A stretch of 64,000 nucleotides of DNA from a bacterium (GTDB lineage: Bacteria > UBA8248). A model generated the notes under the pieces. The model saw only the letters and a list, made by a program, of their open reading frames with translations, ran no database searches and had not been told where the DNA came from. The position numbers were made by a program, and so were the translations under genes. This document shows, in pieces, positions 18,194-28,626 of the stretch. The stretch spans positions 3,392,001 to 3,456,000 of the forward strand of contig OZ244799.1 in assembly GCA_965219955.1 (NCBI GenBank). Reading direction: 5' to 3'. Numbering within the stretch: the stretch's first letter is position 1; the number at the start of each line of letters is the position of its first letter.

Positions 18194-19561
18194 TTACAGC
18201 CCGCTGAACTCCTCGCAGATGGCGGCCATCCACTTGGCCCCGTCTATCAAGTCCGCGATTTTCAGGTTCTCGTTCGCGCTGTGCGTGCGCGAGGTGATGC
18301 GGCCCACCCCGGTCGAGGACAGCGGAATGCCCAAATGCTTCAAGACGATATAGGTCGGCGTGCTGCCGTTGCCGAAGGGGTTGATGATGGCGTCCTCCCC
18401 GTAGAGCCTGTGCGCCGCCGCGTTGCAGGCCTTCACGATATCGGCCTCGGGGTCGCTCTTCGCCGGGTAGGAGGTGAACAGAAGCTCCACGCCGATGTCC
18501 TCGAAGCCGTGCCTGTCCAGGTGCGCGCGCACGCAGTCCCTTATCTTGTAGGGGTCCTGGTCCGGCACGAGGCGGCAGTCTATCTTGGCCCGCGCGCGGG
18601 CGGAGACGATGGTCTTCACCCCCTCGCCGGTGTAGCCGCCGTCGAAACCCGCGATGTTGAATGTCGGGTTCGCGAGGTGGCGGCGGGGGAGGTCCTCGTC
18701 CTTCATGTCGAGCAGGAATTTCCTGAGCTCGAACTTCTCGATGCGCTCCGCTCCGTTGTAGGGCAGCACGCGGCGGATGAGTTCGTCCTCGATCTCGGTG
18801 ATGGGCAAGACGTCGTCGTAAAAGCCCTCGACGAGCACGTTCTCGTCCTGGTCCTTCATGGTCGAGAGCGCCCACGTCATCCGCCAGGCCGCGTTCTCGT
18901 ATATCTGGGCGTTCGAACTGTGGAAATCCACGTTCGCCGTCCGGCAGGTGAGCTCCATGTAGCAAAGCCCCTTGTTGCCGAGCGAGAGCACGGGTATGTC
19001 CACGCGGGTGGTGTTGTCCTCCCAGACGCAGCCGTCCGCCGCGAGCAGATCGGCGTTTTCCTTCACGAATGGTTCGAGCGAGGGGCTTCCCACCTCCTCC
19101 TCACCCTCGATGATGTACTTGACCGAACACGGCAGCTCGCCGCGCACCGCCAGGAAAGCCTCGAACGCCGCCAGACGGCTCATGATGTTGCCCTTGTTGT
19201 CCGTCGACCCTCTCGCGATGACGGCGCCGTCGACAATCTCCGCGTCGAACGGCGGCGTGTCCCACTCCGAGAGCGGCTCGGCGGGCTGAACGTCGTAGTG
19301 GTTGTAGAAGAGAAGCGTCTTGCCCCCGCCGCCCCCGAGGCTTGCGGTGAGAATCGGGTTGCCTCCCGTCTCATGGAGCGTCGTCTCAAGGCCCGAGCGC
19401 GCCACGCGGGCTTCCAGCAGGGCCGCCATCTCCCTGATCCCCACGTTGGTCGTCGAGATGCTCGGCTGGCGGCAGAGTTCCTGCAGATCGGCCACGAAGC
19501 GGTCCGCGTTCTCGTCGATGTAATCCAGTACGGCGCTAAAGTCTTTCCCCTCGCTCATCAC
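18194..19561 (-). CDS. M20/M25/M40 family metallo-hydrolase (dipeptidase/deacylase)
   Basis: YNHYDVQP, RGSTDNKG, EGEEEVGS, THSANEN. Confidence 0.92.
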   Translation of the reverse strand: MMSEGKDFSAVLDYIDENADRFVADLQELCRQPSISTTNVGIREMAALLEARVARSGLETTLHETGGNPILTASLGGGGGKTLLFYNHYDVQPAEPLSEWDTPPFDAEIVDGAVIARGSTDNKGNIMSRLAAFEAFLAVRGELPCSVKYIIEGEEEVGSPSLEPFVKENADLLAADGCVWEDNTTRVDIPVLSLGNKGLCYMELTCRTANVDFHSSNAQIYENAAWRMTWALSTMKDQDENVLVEGFYDDVLPITEIEDELIRRVLPYNGAERIEKFELRKFLLDMKDEDLPRRHLANPTFNIAGFDGGYTGEGVKTIVSARARAKIDCRLVPDQDPYKIRDCVRAHLDRHGFEDIGVELLFTSYPAKSDPEADIVKACNAAAHRLYGEDAIINPFGNGSTPTYIVLKHLGIPLSSTGVGRITSRTHSANENLKIADLIDGAKWMAAICEEFSGL

Positions 19562-19741
19562 ACACTCCTCATCCTCGAGACGCCCGCGGTCGGCTCATCG
19601 GTTTGATTATCAGCGTGGAACAAAGATATGATCCCGCGCGCTTACATTCAACCCGAAACCCCGCATTCGCGCGACTCAGACCCGGGCGTCTCGCCTCGTC
19701 GGTTCCGCCGCGTTCCGAATGCGACGCGAAGGAGGTTCTAC

Positions 19742-20917
19742 ATGCCCGAAGCACCCGCGAACACGAACTGGTACACGTACTTTCCCGAGGACTACCGCTG
19801 GTCGGCCGCCATCTGCGGCATGGTGTCGAGCGCGCAGTGGGGCGGGACGGAAATCGGCGAGGTCGACAAGGTCTGCCGCCGCCTCTACAAGAAACTCGGC
19901 GACGACAACCTGTGGTTCCGCGAGTGGGACCGCATGGGCGACACCGTGCGGGACCTGGGCCGCGCCGCCGAGCGCAAGAAGCAGAACCTCTCCGCCGCCG
20001 CCCACTACAAGCGCGCCACCTGCTACTACCAGATGGGCGAGCGCTTCCGGACGCCCAAGGACAAGCGCGCGGTCGACACGTTCAAGAAATCGCTCGACAC
20101 CTTCCGCCGCTTCGTGCGCCTGACGGACAGGCCCAGAATCGAGGCCGTGGAAGTCCCCTTCGAGGGCAGAAAGAAACTCCCCGGCTATCTCGTGCACGCG
20201 GAGAACACGCGGAAGAGAAAGCCTCCCGTCGTGGTCTTCTTCGACGGGCTCGACGTGACGAAGGAGCTCCAGTTCACGCGCGGCGTGGAGGATCTGGTGC
20301 GCCGGGGCATGAGCTGTCTGGTGATGGACGGCCCCGGAACGGGCGAGGCCATCCGCCTGCGCAACATCTATCTTCGCCCGGACTACGAGGTCGCAGGCTC
20401 GGCCGCACTCGATTACCTCGAAACCAGAAACGACGTGGACGCCAGGAACGCCGGCGTCATGGCCATCAGCCTGGGCGGCTACTATGCGCCGCGCATCGCC
20501 AGCTTGGAGCATAGATATAAGGCGTGCCTCGCCTGGGGGGCGATCTGGAACTACTACGCCACCTGGAAAAAGCGCATCGAGGCTTCGTTCAAGGCGGAGC
20601 TCTCCGTGCCGGGCCATCACATCCAGTGGATCCTGAACGCCGACTCGCTCGACGACGCGCTGGTCAAGCTCGAGGGCTTCCAGCTCGACGGCGTCGTGCA
20701 GAACATGCGGTGCCCGTTTCTCGTCACGCACGGGGCGGACGACAAGCAGATCCCGCTCCGGGACGCCAAGGCGCTCTATAACGCCGTGGGCTCCAAGGAC
20801 AAGACGCTCAAGGTCTTCACCGTGAAGGAAGGCGGCTCCCAGCACTGCCAGCGCGACAACTACGCCATCGGCACGACCTACATGTTCGACTGGCTCCAGG
20901 AGAAGCTCTGCGGGTGA
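19742..20917 (+). CDS. Alpha/beta hydrolase, 2,6-dihydroxypseudooxynicotine hydrolase/FrsA-like (paralog 1)
   Basis: FDGLDVTKE, DGPGTGE, GVMAISLGGYYAPR, HGADD, GGSQHCQ. Confidence 0.85.
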   Translation: MPEAPANTNWYTYFPEDYRWSAAICGMVSSAQWGGTEIGEVDKVCRRLYKKLGDDNLWFREWDRMGDTVRDLGRAAERKKQNLSAAAHYKRATCYYQMGERFRTPKDKRAVDTFKKSLDTFRRFVRLTDRPRIEAVEVPFEGRKKLPGYLVHAENTRKRKPPVVVFFDGLDVTKELQFTRGVEDLVRRGMSCLVMDGPGTGEAIRLRNIYLRPDYEVAGSAALDYLETRNDVDARNAGVMAISLGGYYAPRIASLEHRYKACLAWGAIWNYYATWKKRIEASFKAELSVPGHHIQWILNADSLDDALVKLEGFQLDGVVQNMRCPFLVTHGADDKQIPLRDAKALYNAVGSKDKTLKVFTVKEGGSQHCQRDNYAIGTTYMFDWLQEKLCG

Positions 20918-20947
20918 AGAGGATGTCCGCCTGACGCAGGGTTACTT

Positions 20948-21255
20948 GCAGGGACAGGCCCCCGTGCCTGTCCTGAGGCCGCTGCCCCAGGACGTCCCCC
21001 GTGATCGCTTTTGTAGGGACAGGTCGCGACCTGTCCCTGCGGGGATGGCGAACAAATCGGAACTACTTCCCTTGAGAGTCAAACCTAACCGGGGAGAGAG
21101 AAATTCACTCCCCCCTTGAGGGGGATACCCCATAAGGCAACCCCCCCTACCCCCCTTGTCAGGGGGGCAAGAAAAAGCAAAACCCCCTCAGCCCGGCGGG
21201 GGTGCATCGCCTTTTTATACCCCCCTGACAAGGGGGGTAGGGGGGGTTGCCTTTG
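20948..21255. repeat. REP cluster and CCCCCCTACCCCCC-TTGTC-AGGGGG inverted pair (interrupted by IS256)
   Basis: GTAG/GCAG-REPs at 20948 and 21013; inverted pair at ~21140-21167 and ~21221-21247. Confidence 0.75.
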
Positions 21256-22640
21256 GAGTTACTGTCAAATGTTGTGTATGGCCGTCTTGAGTTCAGCGGC
21301 CTCCCTGCCGGTTTCTTTTTCATTCACCCCATTGATGAACCTCACGTCGGTGATCACGTCGGCCAGATGACCCAGGCCGCCCAGCCGCCCCCATCGCTTC
21401 TCGGCGCTCATGGCGAGTTGGTGAATCAGGCTCAGCGCCGTCTTCTCGCTCAGGCAGTTCCTCGTCTTCGCCGTTCGCAGCCGGATCGTGGCGAAGGTCG
21501 ACTCGATCGGGTTCGTCGTCCGAAGACTCCGCCAGTGCGCCGCCGGGAAGTCGTAGAAGGCGAACAACTCCTCGCGGTCCCCCGCCAGGCACGCGGCGGC
21601 CTTGGGGTACTTCGCCTCCCAGGTGGCGAGAAAGCGTTCGAACGCCTTCTCCGCGTGCTCGCGGGTCTCCGCCCTCCACATCTCGTACAGCATCGGCCGC
21701 GCTTCGCGCTGAGCGCTTTTGGGCAGCTTGTCGAGAACGTTCGCCGTCTTGTGCACCCAGCAGCGCTGCGCCCGGGTCTCGGGATACACCTCGGCCAGCG
21801 CCGACCACAACCCCAGACCCCCGTCGCCCACCGCCAGCTTCGCCGCCTTTACCCCCCGCTCCCGCAGGCCGAGCAGAACCGCCTTCCAGCTCTCCTTCGA
21901 TTCACGGAACCCCGCCTCCAGGGCCAGGAAGCGCTTGCGGCCCCGCGCGTCGCAGCCCACGACCACCAGAAGACAGCGCCGCTCCCCGCTGCGCACGTTC
22001 ACGTAGATGCCGTCCGCCCACAAGTACGCGAACTCCTCGCCGCCCCAGTCCCGCTCGCGCCACTGTAAGTACTCGCGCTCCCAGCCCTCCTTGAGACGCG
22101 AGACGCTCGCCGGGGACAAGCCCTTCACCGACTCGCCGAACAGCGCCGTGAGCGCCTCGCCGAAGTCGTTCGTCGATACCCCCTTCAGGTACAGCCACGG
22201 TATCACCGCCTCCACGCGCCGCGTCTTGCGCAGATACGGCGGCAAAAGCTCCGAACGGAAACGCCGCCCCGCGCCCGACCTGTCCCGCGTCCGAGGAACT
22301 TGAACCCGCACCGGACCCACACCCGTCAATACCTCCCGAGAAGGCAGATACCCGTTGCGCACCACCGCGCGGCGGCCCTGCGCGTCATGGTCGCCCGCAT
22401 GCTCTTCCAGATAAGCCGCCAACTCCGCTTCCACCGCCTGGCGGATGATTCGTCGCGCGCCCGCGCGCAACAGTTCGCTCAACTCGTCTCGTAAGGCTGG
22501 ATTCCTCAAGGGAATCGTCGTATCTTCTCTCATGGTGGCGCATCTCCTTGTGCTGAATGACCGGGCTTTGGACAACCCTATTTCAGCAGGATGCGCCGCC
22601 TTCTTCAATTCAGCCCATACACAAGTTTTGAACGTAACTC
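21256..22640 (-). mobile_element. Complete IS256-family insertion sequence
   Basis: 26-bp imperfect TIRs (GAGTTAC..TCAAA..TTGTGTATGG, 22/26) and an exact 9-bp TSD TTGCCTTTG at 21247-21255 and 22641-22649. Confidence 0.95.
21265..22533 (-). CDS. IS256 family (Mutator) transposase
   Basis: RNGY, VPRTRDR, YLWADG, GDGGLG, QRCWVHK, TTNPIES. Confidence 0.95.
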   Translation of the reverse strand: MREDTTIPLRNPALRDELSELLRAGARRIIRQAVEAELAAYLEEHAGDHDAQGRRAVVRNGYLPSREVLTGVGPVRVQVPRTRDRSGAGRRFRSELLPPYLRKTRRVEAVIPWLYLKGVSTNDFGEALTALFGESVKGLSPASVSRLKEGWEREYLQWRERDWGGEEFAYLWADGIYVNVRSGERRCLLVVVGCDARGRKRFLALEAGFRESKESWKAVLLGLRERGVKAAKLAVGDGGLGLWSALAEVYPETRAQRCWVHKTANVLDKLPKSAQREARPMLYEMWRAETREHAEKAFERFLATWEAKYPKAAACLAGDREELFAFYDFPAAHWRSLRTTNPIESTFATIRLRTAKTRNCLSEKTALSLIHQLAMSAEKRWGRLGGLGHLADVITDVRFINGVNEKETGREAAELKTAIHNI

Positions 22641-22681
22641 TTGCCTTTGTCCCCTGGCAAGAAGAGGTTTTTCAACAGCCC

Positions 22682-23623
22682 ATGACCATCTTCCACACCC
22701 ACGTCATCGTCGACTGGTCGGCGCGCTCGACGCCGAGCCCCGCCCGTCCGACCAAGGACGCCATCTGGTGGGCCCTAGCTAAAGACGGCGCGGTAGACGA
22801 ACCCGCCTACGCCCGCACCCGCCATGACGCGGTGGAGCGTCTGGCCGATCTCATCGCCACGGAACTCGACGCCGCTCGCCGCGTGTTGATCGGCTTCGAT
22901 TTTCCCTTCGGCTACCCGGCGGGGGTGGCGGCGCGCCTGACCGGCGAGGCGTCCGCTCACGCGCTCTGGACTTGGCTGGCGGCCCGCATCGAGGATACCA
23001 AGGACAACGCCAATAACCGCTTCGCAGTCGCGGCGGAGATCAACCGCACTTATCCCGGAGTCGGCCCTTTCTGGGGAAATACGACACAGAAAAAAGGGAA
23101 GGAATGGCCGTATCCAGATATCCCCGGTAAATCAAGGCTTCGCACGTGCCGGGAATCTCATCCCCCCGAGCGGCGCATCGCCGACTCCCACGCCAAAGGC
23201 GCAAAGACCGTATGGCAACTGGCCTACGCAGGCTCCGTCGGCTCACAGGTGCTCCTCGGCCTTCCCGCCATAAAGCGCCTCGTCGAACACCCGCGCACCA
23301 AAGGCCGGCTCGCCGTCTGGCCCTTCGATACCAGCTTGCGCGCGCCCGAAGCACCCGCCGTCATCGCTGAAATCTATCCTTCTCTGATCAGGAATGAGGT
23401 TCGAGAGCGCATGAATGAAGGCGAGATACCTGACGCCGCCCAGGTCCGCGTGAACGCGGAGGCCTTCGCCAGGCTCGACTTGCAGGGCGGCCTCTCGCCC
23501 CTGTTCGAGGGCGCTCCTGATCTCGACGCCGAGGAGCGCCGCATCATCGAAACGGAAGAAGCCTGGATTCTCGGCCTCGGCCATGAAGAGGCGCTCAGGA
23601 AGGCGCTGGGCCGATATTTGTAG
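22682..23623 (+). CDS. DUF429-like predicted RNase H-fold protein
   Basis: VIVDWSA, LIGFDFPFGYP, VWPF, AEIYPS, EEAWILG acidic motif pattern. Confidence 0.6.
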   Translation: MTIFHTHVIVDWSARSTPSPARPTKDAIWWALAKDGAVDEPAYARTRHDAVERLADLIATELDAARRVLIGFDFPFGYPAGVAARLTGEASAHALWTWLAARIEDTKDNANNRFAVAAEINRTYPGVGPFWGNTTQKKGKEWPYPDIPGKSRLRTCRESHPPERRIADSHAKGAKTVWQLAYAGSVGSQVLLGLPAIKRLVEHPRTKGRLAVWPFDTSLRAPEAPAVIAEIYPSLIRNEVRERMNEGEIPDAAQVRVNAEAFARLDLQGGLSPLFEGAPDLDAEERRIIETEEAWILGLGHEEALRKALGRYL

Positions 23624-23647
23624 GGGCGTTTCGTGAAAGGAATACCC

Positions 23648-24070
23648 TCACGCGCCCGCCCATGGGTCTATCACTTGAATACCGGTGTCGGAAAAATCCC
23701 GAACGTTGCGCGTCGCCACGGACATTCCAAGCGCGATAGCGATCGCCGCTATCTGGCAATCCGGCTGCGAGATCGGACGCCCGATGACGCGCCGGGCAAC
23801 TGCAACCTCCGCATAGGCGCGCGCCGCTTCGCTGTCGAACGGCAGAACGCGGTATGCAAATAAATCCCCGAGAGTTCTCTCGAAGGTGTCCACAAGACCC
23901 CGGCGGCGCGCGCCTTCGGGCAAAAAAGCGATCCCAGCGCGGATTTCAGCCTCCGTAATCGCCGTCACGAACAACTCTCGTGACGGCTGGTCGTCCACCC
24001 AGGCGAGTACTTCCGGATTTGGGGAATCGCGCATCAATTCGGACACCACGTTCGTATCGAGCAATACCAT
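23648..24070 (-). CDS. vapC: VapC/FitB PIN-domain toxin
   Basis: LLDTNVVSE, DCQIAAIA, ATRNVRDF, IDPW. Confidence 0.92.
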   Translation of the reverse strand: MVLLDTNVVSELMRDSPNPEVLAWVDDQPSRELFVTAITEAEIRAGIAFLPEGARRRGLVDTFERTLGDLFAYRVLPFDSEAARAYAEVAVARRVIGRPISQPDCQIAAIAIALGMSVATRNVRDFSDTGIQVIDPWAGA

Positions 24071-24079
24071 CGCCGCCCC

Positions 24080-24331
24080 TCAATCGAAGCGGGGCGGTTC
24101 ACGCATCGGATCGCGTGGCGGCAACTCCAACTCGACACCGCCGAAAGGCTTGAACCGTTCGTGTATCGCCGTCCCCAGACCCTTCACGGGCACTTCTTCC
24201 CGACCGACCGCCTCGCGCAGGATCACCCGCGCTTCCTCTTCCATGGAGCGGCCGTTCTCCGCCGCACGCACGCGAAGGCGCGTTTTCACGTCGTCGTCGA
24301 GATTGCGTATCGTGATGCTCGCCATTCTCAT
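24080..24331 (-). CDS. FitA-like ribbon-helix-helix antitoxin
   Basis: MASITIRNLDDDVKTRLRVRAAENGRSMEEEARVIL, directly upstream of the PIN toxin. Confidence 0.88.
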   Translation of the reverse strand: MRMASITIRNLDDDVKTRLRVRAAENGRSMEEEARVILREAVGREEVPVKGLGTAIHERFKPFGGVELELPPRDPMREPPRFD

Positions 24332-24738
24332 GCCCTCCTGTTACGCCGGATTTCACCCTATCATGTGATTGCACTGCAATCAATCGTTAAATCAACCCTT
24401 TTTGGTTTTCCCTCCCCCTGTGGTTGTCCCTTATTGATGCAAATACCATCAGGACAGGCACGGGGGCCTGTGGGGCAGTCCCGATGAGGACACTACGATG
24501 CGTACATCTTATGTCACCATCATCCGAGAATTTGATCCCACCCGGTATGCAAATCCCATCCCCGATGACGGGCGGAACGGCGCTGTGATATATTCCCCGC
24601 CACTGGGACAAAGAAACGAGGAAGCCTGAATTTCGAAGAACGAACGGATTGCAGAATCCGCTTTTCTCGATTTTCCTGCGCCGGCCCTCAACAGATACGT
24701 GCACGATAATCTTCTACTTCTCGCAAGGAGAACGCCTC

Positions 24739-25923
24739 ATGGCAAAAGCCGCACAAGCCGTCCGCAAGGAACCGTGGTTCGCGTATTTTCCCGATGACTA
24801 CCGCTGGTCCGCCGGTGTGGGCATCGCCTATTCCACGTCCTATTGGGGTTCGTCCACGATGGGCGAGGTCGACAGGGTCTGCCGCAAGCTCAAGGGCAAG
24901 ATAGGCGACGACGACGCCTGGTTCGCCGAATGGGTGAGCGAGGCCGACAGGATGCGCTCCCTCGGGATGGCCGCCGCGCGGAAAAAGAACGACCTCTCCG
25001 CCGCCGCCTTCTTCAAGCGCGCGTGTTTCTACTATCAGCTCGGCGAACGCTTCCGCACGCCCAAGGACAAGGCGGCGAACGCCGCGTACCGCAAATCGCT
25101 GGACAGCTTCAAGCGCTTCGCCGCGCTCACGGACGCGCCGCGCATCGAGCACGTGGAGATCCCCTTCGAGGGCAAAAAGACGCTGCCGGGCATCCTCATT
25201 CACGCGCAGAACACGAGGAAGCGGAAACCGCCCGTGGTGGTTTCTTTCGACGGCTTCGACGTTTCGAAGGAGATTCAGTACATCCTGGGCGCGGAAGACC
25301 TCGTGCGCCGCGGGATGAGCGTCCTCGCCGTGGACGCGCCCGGAAACGGGGAGGCCATCCGCTTCAGGAAGCTCTTCCTGCGCCACGATCATGAAACCGC
25401 GGGCGCCGCGGCCCTCGATTATCTCGAAGGACGAAATGACGTGGACGCGAAGCGCGCCGGCGTCATGGCGATCAGCTTGGGCGGCTACTACGCGCCCAGA
25501 AACGCGAGCATGGAGCACCGCTTCAAGGCGTGCGTGGCCTGGGGGGCGATCTGGGACTACCAGCGGGTGTGGCGCGACAGAATCGCCGCCGCCTACAAGA
25601 CGGCCCTCTCGGTTCCCGGACATCACCTGGAGTGGATTTTCAACCTGGGCTCCACCGAGGAGTGCCTCGACGTCCTCGCGGACTTCAAGCTCGAGGGCGT
25701 GGTGCAGAACATGCGCTGCCCGTTCCTGCTGATCCACGGGGAAGGCGACCAGCAGATCCCCCTCGCCGACGCGAAAAGGCTCTTCAACGCCTCGGGTTCC
25801 AAGGACAAGACGCTCCGAATCGTCAAGGGGACCGAAACGGGCGCCCAGCACTGCCAGATGGACAACGTGCCCCCCTACGCGCACGAGATTTTCGACTGGC
25901 TCAAGCTCAAGCTGGGCGCCTAG
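24739..25923 (+). CDS. Alpha/beta hydrolase, DHPON-hydrolase/FrsA-like (paralog 2)
   Basis: Shares long blocks with 19742-20917 (ERFRTPKDK, NTRKRKPPVVV, GVMAISLGGYYAPR, GVVQNMRCPFL). Confidence 0.85.
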   Translation: MAKAAQAVRKEPWFAYFPDDYRWSAGVGIAYSTSYWGSSTMGEVDRVCRKLKGKIGDDDAWFAEWVSEADRMRSLGMAAARKKNDLSAAAFFKRACFYYQLGERFRTPKDKAANAAYRKSLDSFKRFAALTDAPRIEHVEIPFEGKKTLPGILIHAQNTRKRKPPVVVSFDGFDVSKEIQYILGAEDLVRRGMSVLAVDAPGNGEAIRFRKLFLRHDHETAGAAALDYLEGRNDVDAKRAGVMAISLGGYYAPRNASMEHRFKACVAWGAIWDYQRVWRDRIAAAYKTALSVPGHHLEWIFNLGSTEECLDVLADFKLEGVVQNMRCPFLLIHGEGDQQIPLADAKRLFNASGSKDKTLRIVKGTETGAQHCQMDNVPPYAHEIFDWLKLKLGA

Positions 25924-25956
25924 CGGGACCGGACGCATACTTTCCTTCATAGCCCG

Positions 25957-26000
25957 CTGCGGCGTCCCGGCTCTCTCGCAAGAGGGCCGGGACGCCGCAG
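25957..26000 (+). terminator. Strong GC hairpin after the hydrolase gene
   Basis: CTGCGGCGTCCCGGC...GCCGGGACGCCGCAG; U-tract is weak. Confidence 0.55.
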
Positions 26001-26176
26001 TGAACGCTTTTCCGCCGGGCGCTCCTCACGGACGGGTCGTGCGTTTGCGCGACCGGCCAAACGCCGGTTGACCTGAGCGGCGCATATCGTCATTACAATG
26101 AACGCAGGGGCGTGCGCCGAGGCGGACGCCGCCTGAGACGACGATAAAATCTCATGGAACAGGGGGCATACGCCAT

Positions 26177-26962
26177 ATGGAATATGAGAACGTGCGCACC
26201 GAGATGGACGGTGAGTTGCTGATCGTCACGCTGCACCGGCCCGAGAAGCGAAACGCCATGACCCACCAGATGCGGGTCGACCTGCTCGACTGCGCCCGAC
26301 GCGCCGAGACCGACGACGCCGTGAAGGCCATCGTCTTCACCGGGCATGGAGAGAAGTCGTTTTCCGCCGGCGCCAACATCCCCGAACTGGAGCAGCGAAC
26401 ACTCGTCTCGGAGATGGGCCCCTCGGCCTCGCTGCGCAAGGAGCTTCCGACCGCCATCGAGCGCCTCGGCAAGCCGAGCGTCGCCGCGATCAACGGCTAC
26501 TGTTTCGGCGCAGGGCTCGAATTCTCGATGGGCTGCACGATCCGCATCGCGAGCGGGAACGCCCTGCTCGGGCTGCCGGAGATCAACTTTGGCCAGATTC
26601 CCGGCTCGGGCGGCACGCAGCGCCTCTACCGGTTCGTGGGGCTGGGCTGGGCCATGCAGATGATCCTGACGGGGCAGCGCGTCGACGCCGAGACCGCGCG
26701 CGAAATCGGCCTGGTCACCGAGGTCATGCCGCAGGCCGACCTCATGCCCCGCGCGAAGGAGCTGGCGCGCCTGCTCGGAGCGCAATCCCCCATAGCCTTC
26801 GTCGCCGGGCGCGACGCCGTCCTGCGCTCCACGGAAACCGAGCTTCTCGCGGGCATCGACTTCGAGCGAAAGCTCTACGCCATCTGCATGGCGACCGAGG
26901 ACAGCCGCGAGGCCTTGAAAGCCTACGCCGAAAAGCGCGCGCCCGAGTACAAGGGCCGCTGA
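26177..26962 (+). CDS. Enoyl-CoA hydratase/isomerase family protein
   Basis: FSAGANI, AAINGYCFGAGLE, LPEINFGQIPGSGGTQRL. Confidence 0.93.
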   Translation: MEYENVRTEMDGELLIVTLHRPEKRNAMTHQMRVDLLDCARRAETDDAVKAIVFTGHGEKSFSAGANIPELEQRTLVSEMGPSASLRKELPTAIERLGKPSVAAINGYCFGAGLEFSMGCTIRIASGNALLGLPEINFGQIPGSGGTQRLYRFVGLGWAMQMILTGQRVDAETAREIGLVTEVMPQADLMPRAKELARLLGAQSPIAFVAGRDAVLRSTETELLAGIDFERKLYAICMATEDSREALKAYAEKRAPEYKGR

Positions 26963-26976
26963 TTCCGGGATCGCGC

Positions 26977-28590
26977 ATGAAGCCTTCTCTTCTGGACCAG
27001 GATAAAATCGAGGCCTACCTCGCCGCAGGCTACTGGACGCGCGAGACGATGGTGGAGCGCTACGCCGCCTATGCGCGTGATTTTCCGGACAAAATCGCCT
27101 GCCGCGACTCGCAAGAGGAGATCACCTGGCGGAGGCTGGATGAACTCACCGACCGCATCGCCGCGAACCTGATCGCGCGGGGAATCGAGCGCGACGCCCG
27201 CGCCCTGGTGCAAATGGCCTCCTCGAACCGCGAGATAGTCTTGAGAATCGCGCTCAAGAAAGCGGGCATCATCGGCTGTTTCGCCCCCATGCAGTGGCGG
27301 GGCATGGAACTCGGCTACGCCTTTCGGGAACTGGAGCCGAGCGTCATCTTCGCCTCGCCTGAACCCGGGAATGATGGAGGAGAAACCTGGCCGAATGAGG
27401 CGGCAGGCGTCACCACGCACACGCTTCTCGTCGATCTCTCCGGCGAATCTCCCGAGGGGTGGCTCCCCTGGGCCGGGCTGACCGGGCCGCCCGAGAACGC
27501 GGGAGCGTTGGAGGAAATAGCCGACCGGGCTTTCCGCTTTGATGAGATTTCCATGATCACGGTTTCGAGCGGCTCCAGCGGCTTTTCGAAGCTGTGCGAA
27601 TGGCCTGAAGGGGCGCAGATGTGCCTCGCCCGCGCCAACGGCGCGCGGCTGTGTATCAGCGAGGACGACAACATCGGCGTTTTCGCGCCGATGGCGGGGG
27701 GCGCGGGACTGCTGGTCTGGGTGACGTCGGGGATGGCGCCGTGCGCCTTCACCTTCCCCGAATCCTATAACGCGCGCGCGCTGCTGGCGCTCATCGAGAG
27801 CAAGAAGATCACCGTGGCGACGACCGTGCCCGTCATTCTGAACCGCCTGGCGCAGGAAAATCTCGCCTCGTTCGATCTGCGCTCGCTGCGCGCCATACGG
27901 GTCGGCACGGCGGCGGCGGATCTCGATGCGGCGCGCCATGTGGAAAGCCTCACCGATTGCCGCGTCGTGGTCGCGGCGGGCAGCATGGAAACCCCCGGCT
28001 TCGCGCACGCGGATTTCAACGAGCCCGCAGCACTCAGGCTGAACGGCAGCGTCGGTCTCTCGCACCGGGGATGCCGCTGGCGAATCGAGGATGAGGACGG
28101 AAACGCGCTGCCCCGGGGGAGCGTCGGCCACTTCAAGCTCTCGGCCCCCTACGCGTCTTCGGGCTACTGGAAGGATCCGGAAGGCACGCGAGCGGTCTGG
28201 TCGGAGGGATGGAACGCCACCGGCGACATCGCGGCCGTCGACGAGGACGGCCGTTTGCGGCTTCTGGGCCGCAGCAAGGAGGTCATCAACCGCAGCGGCC
28301 AGAAGATACTGCCGGTCGAGGTCGAGCGCGAGATCGCCAAACACCCCGACGTCTTCGAGTGCGCCGTGGTCGCGGCGCCCGACCCCGAATACGGCGAGGC
28401 GCCCTGGGCGTTCATCCAGCCCCACGAGGGCAGGAGCCTCGACGCGGAAGCTCTGGCCGAGGCGCTCAGGACGAGCGGCCTCGCCACCTACAAGATACCG
28501 GCGCGCTTCATCGAGCTGCCCGAATTTCCCCGCGTCGCGAGTGACAAGATCGACAAGAAGGCGCTGCTGCAAATGGCGCCCGCGGAATAG
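26977..28590 (+). CDS. AMP-dependent acyl-CoA ligase (cyclohexanecarboxylate/aryl-acid type)
   Basis: SSGSSGFSK (variant A3), TGD, GRSKEVINRSGQKI, YKIP, KIDKK. Confidence 0.88.
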   Translation: MKPSLLDQDKIEAYLAAGYWTRETMVERYAAYARDFPDKIACRDSQEEITWRRLDELTDRIAANLIARGIERDARALVQMASSNREIVLRIALKKAGIIGCFAPMQWRGMELGYAFRELEPSVIFASPEPGNDGGETWPNEAAGVTTHTLLVDLSGESPEGWLPWAGLTGPPENAGALEEIADRAFRFDEISMITVSSGSSGFSKLCEWPEGAQMCLARANGARLCISEDDNIGVFAPMAGGAGLLVWVTSGMAPCAFTFPESYNARALLALIESKKITVATTVPVILNRLAQENLASFDLRSLRAIRVGTAAADLDAARHVESLTDCRVVVAAGSMETPGFAHADFNEPAALRLNGSVGLSHRGCRWRIEDEDGNALPRGSVGHFKLSAPYASSGYWKDPEGTRAVWSEGWNATGDIAAVDEDGRLRLLGRSKEVINRSGQKILPVEVEREIAKHPDVFECAVVAAPDPEYGEAPWAFIQPHEGRSLDAEALAEALRTSGLATYKIPARFIELPEFPRVASDKIDKKALLQMAPAE

Positions 28591-28626
28591 AAGCAACGCT
28601 ACCGAAACGATAGGAGAACCCAGGCG

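Noticed and set aside
22445-22681. N-terminal extension of the 22445-23623 ORF
   Set aside because: It runs through the IS256 end and a MITE terminus; the family-like sequence begins at ATG 22682.
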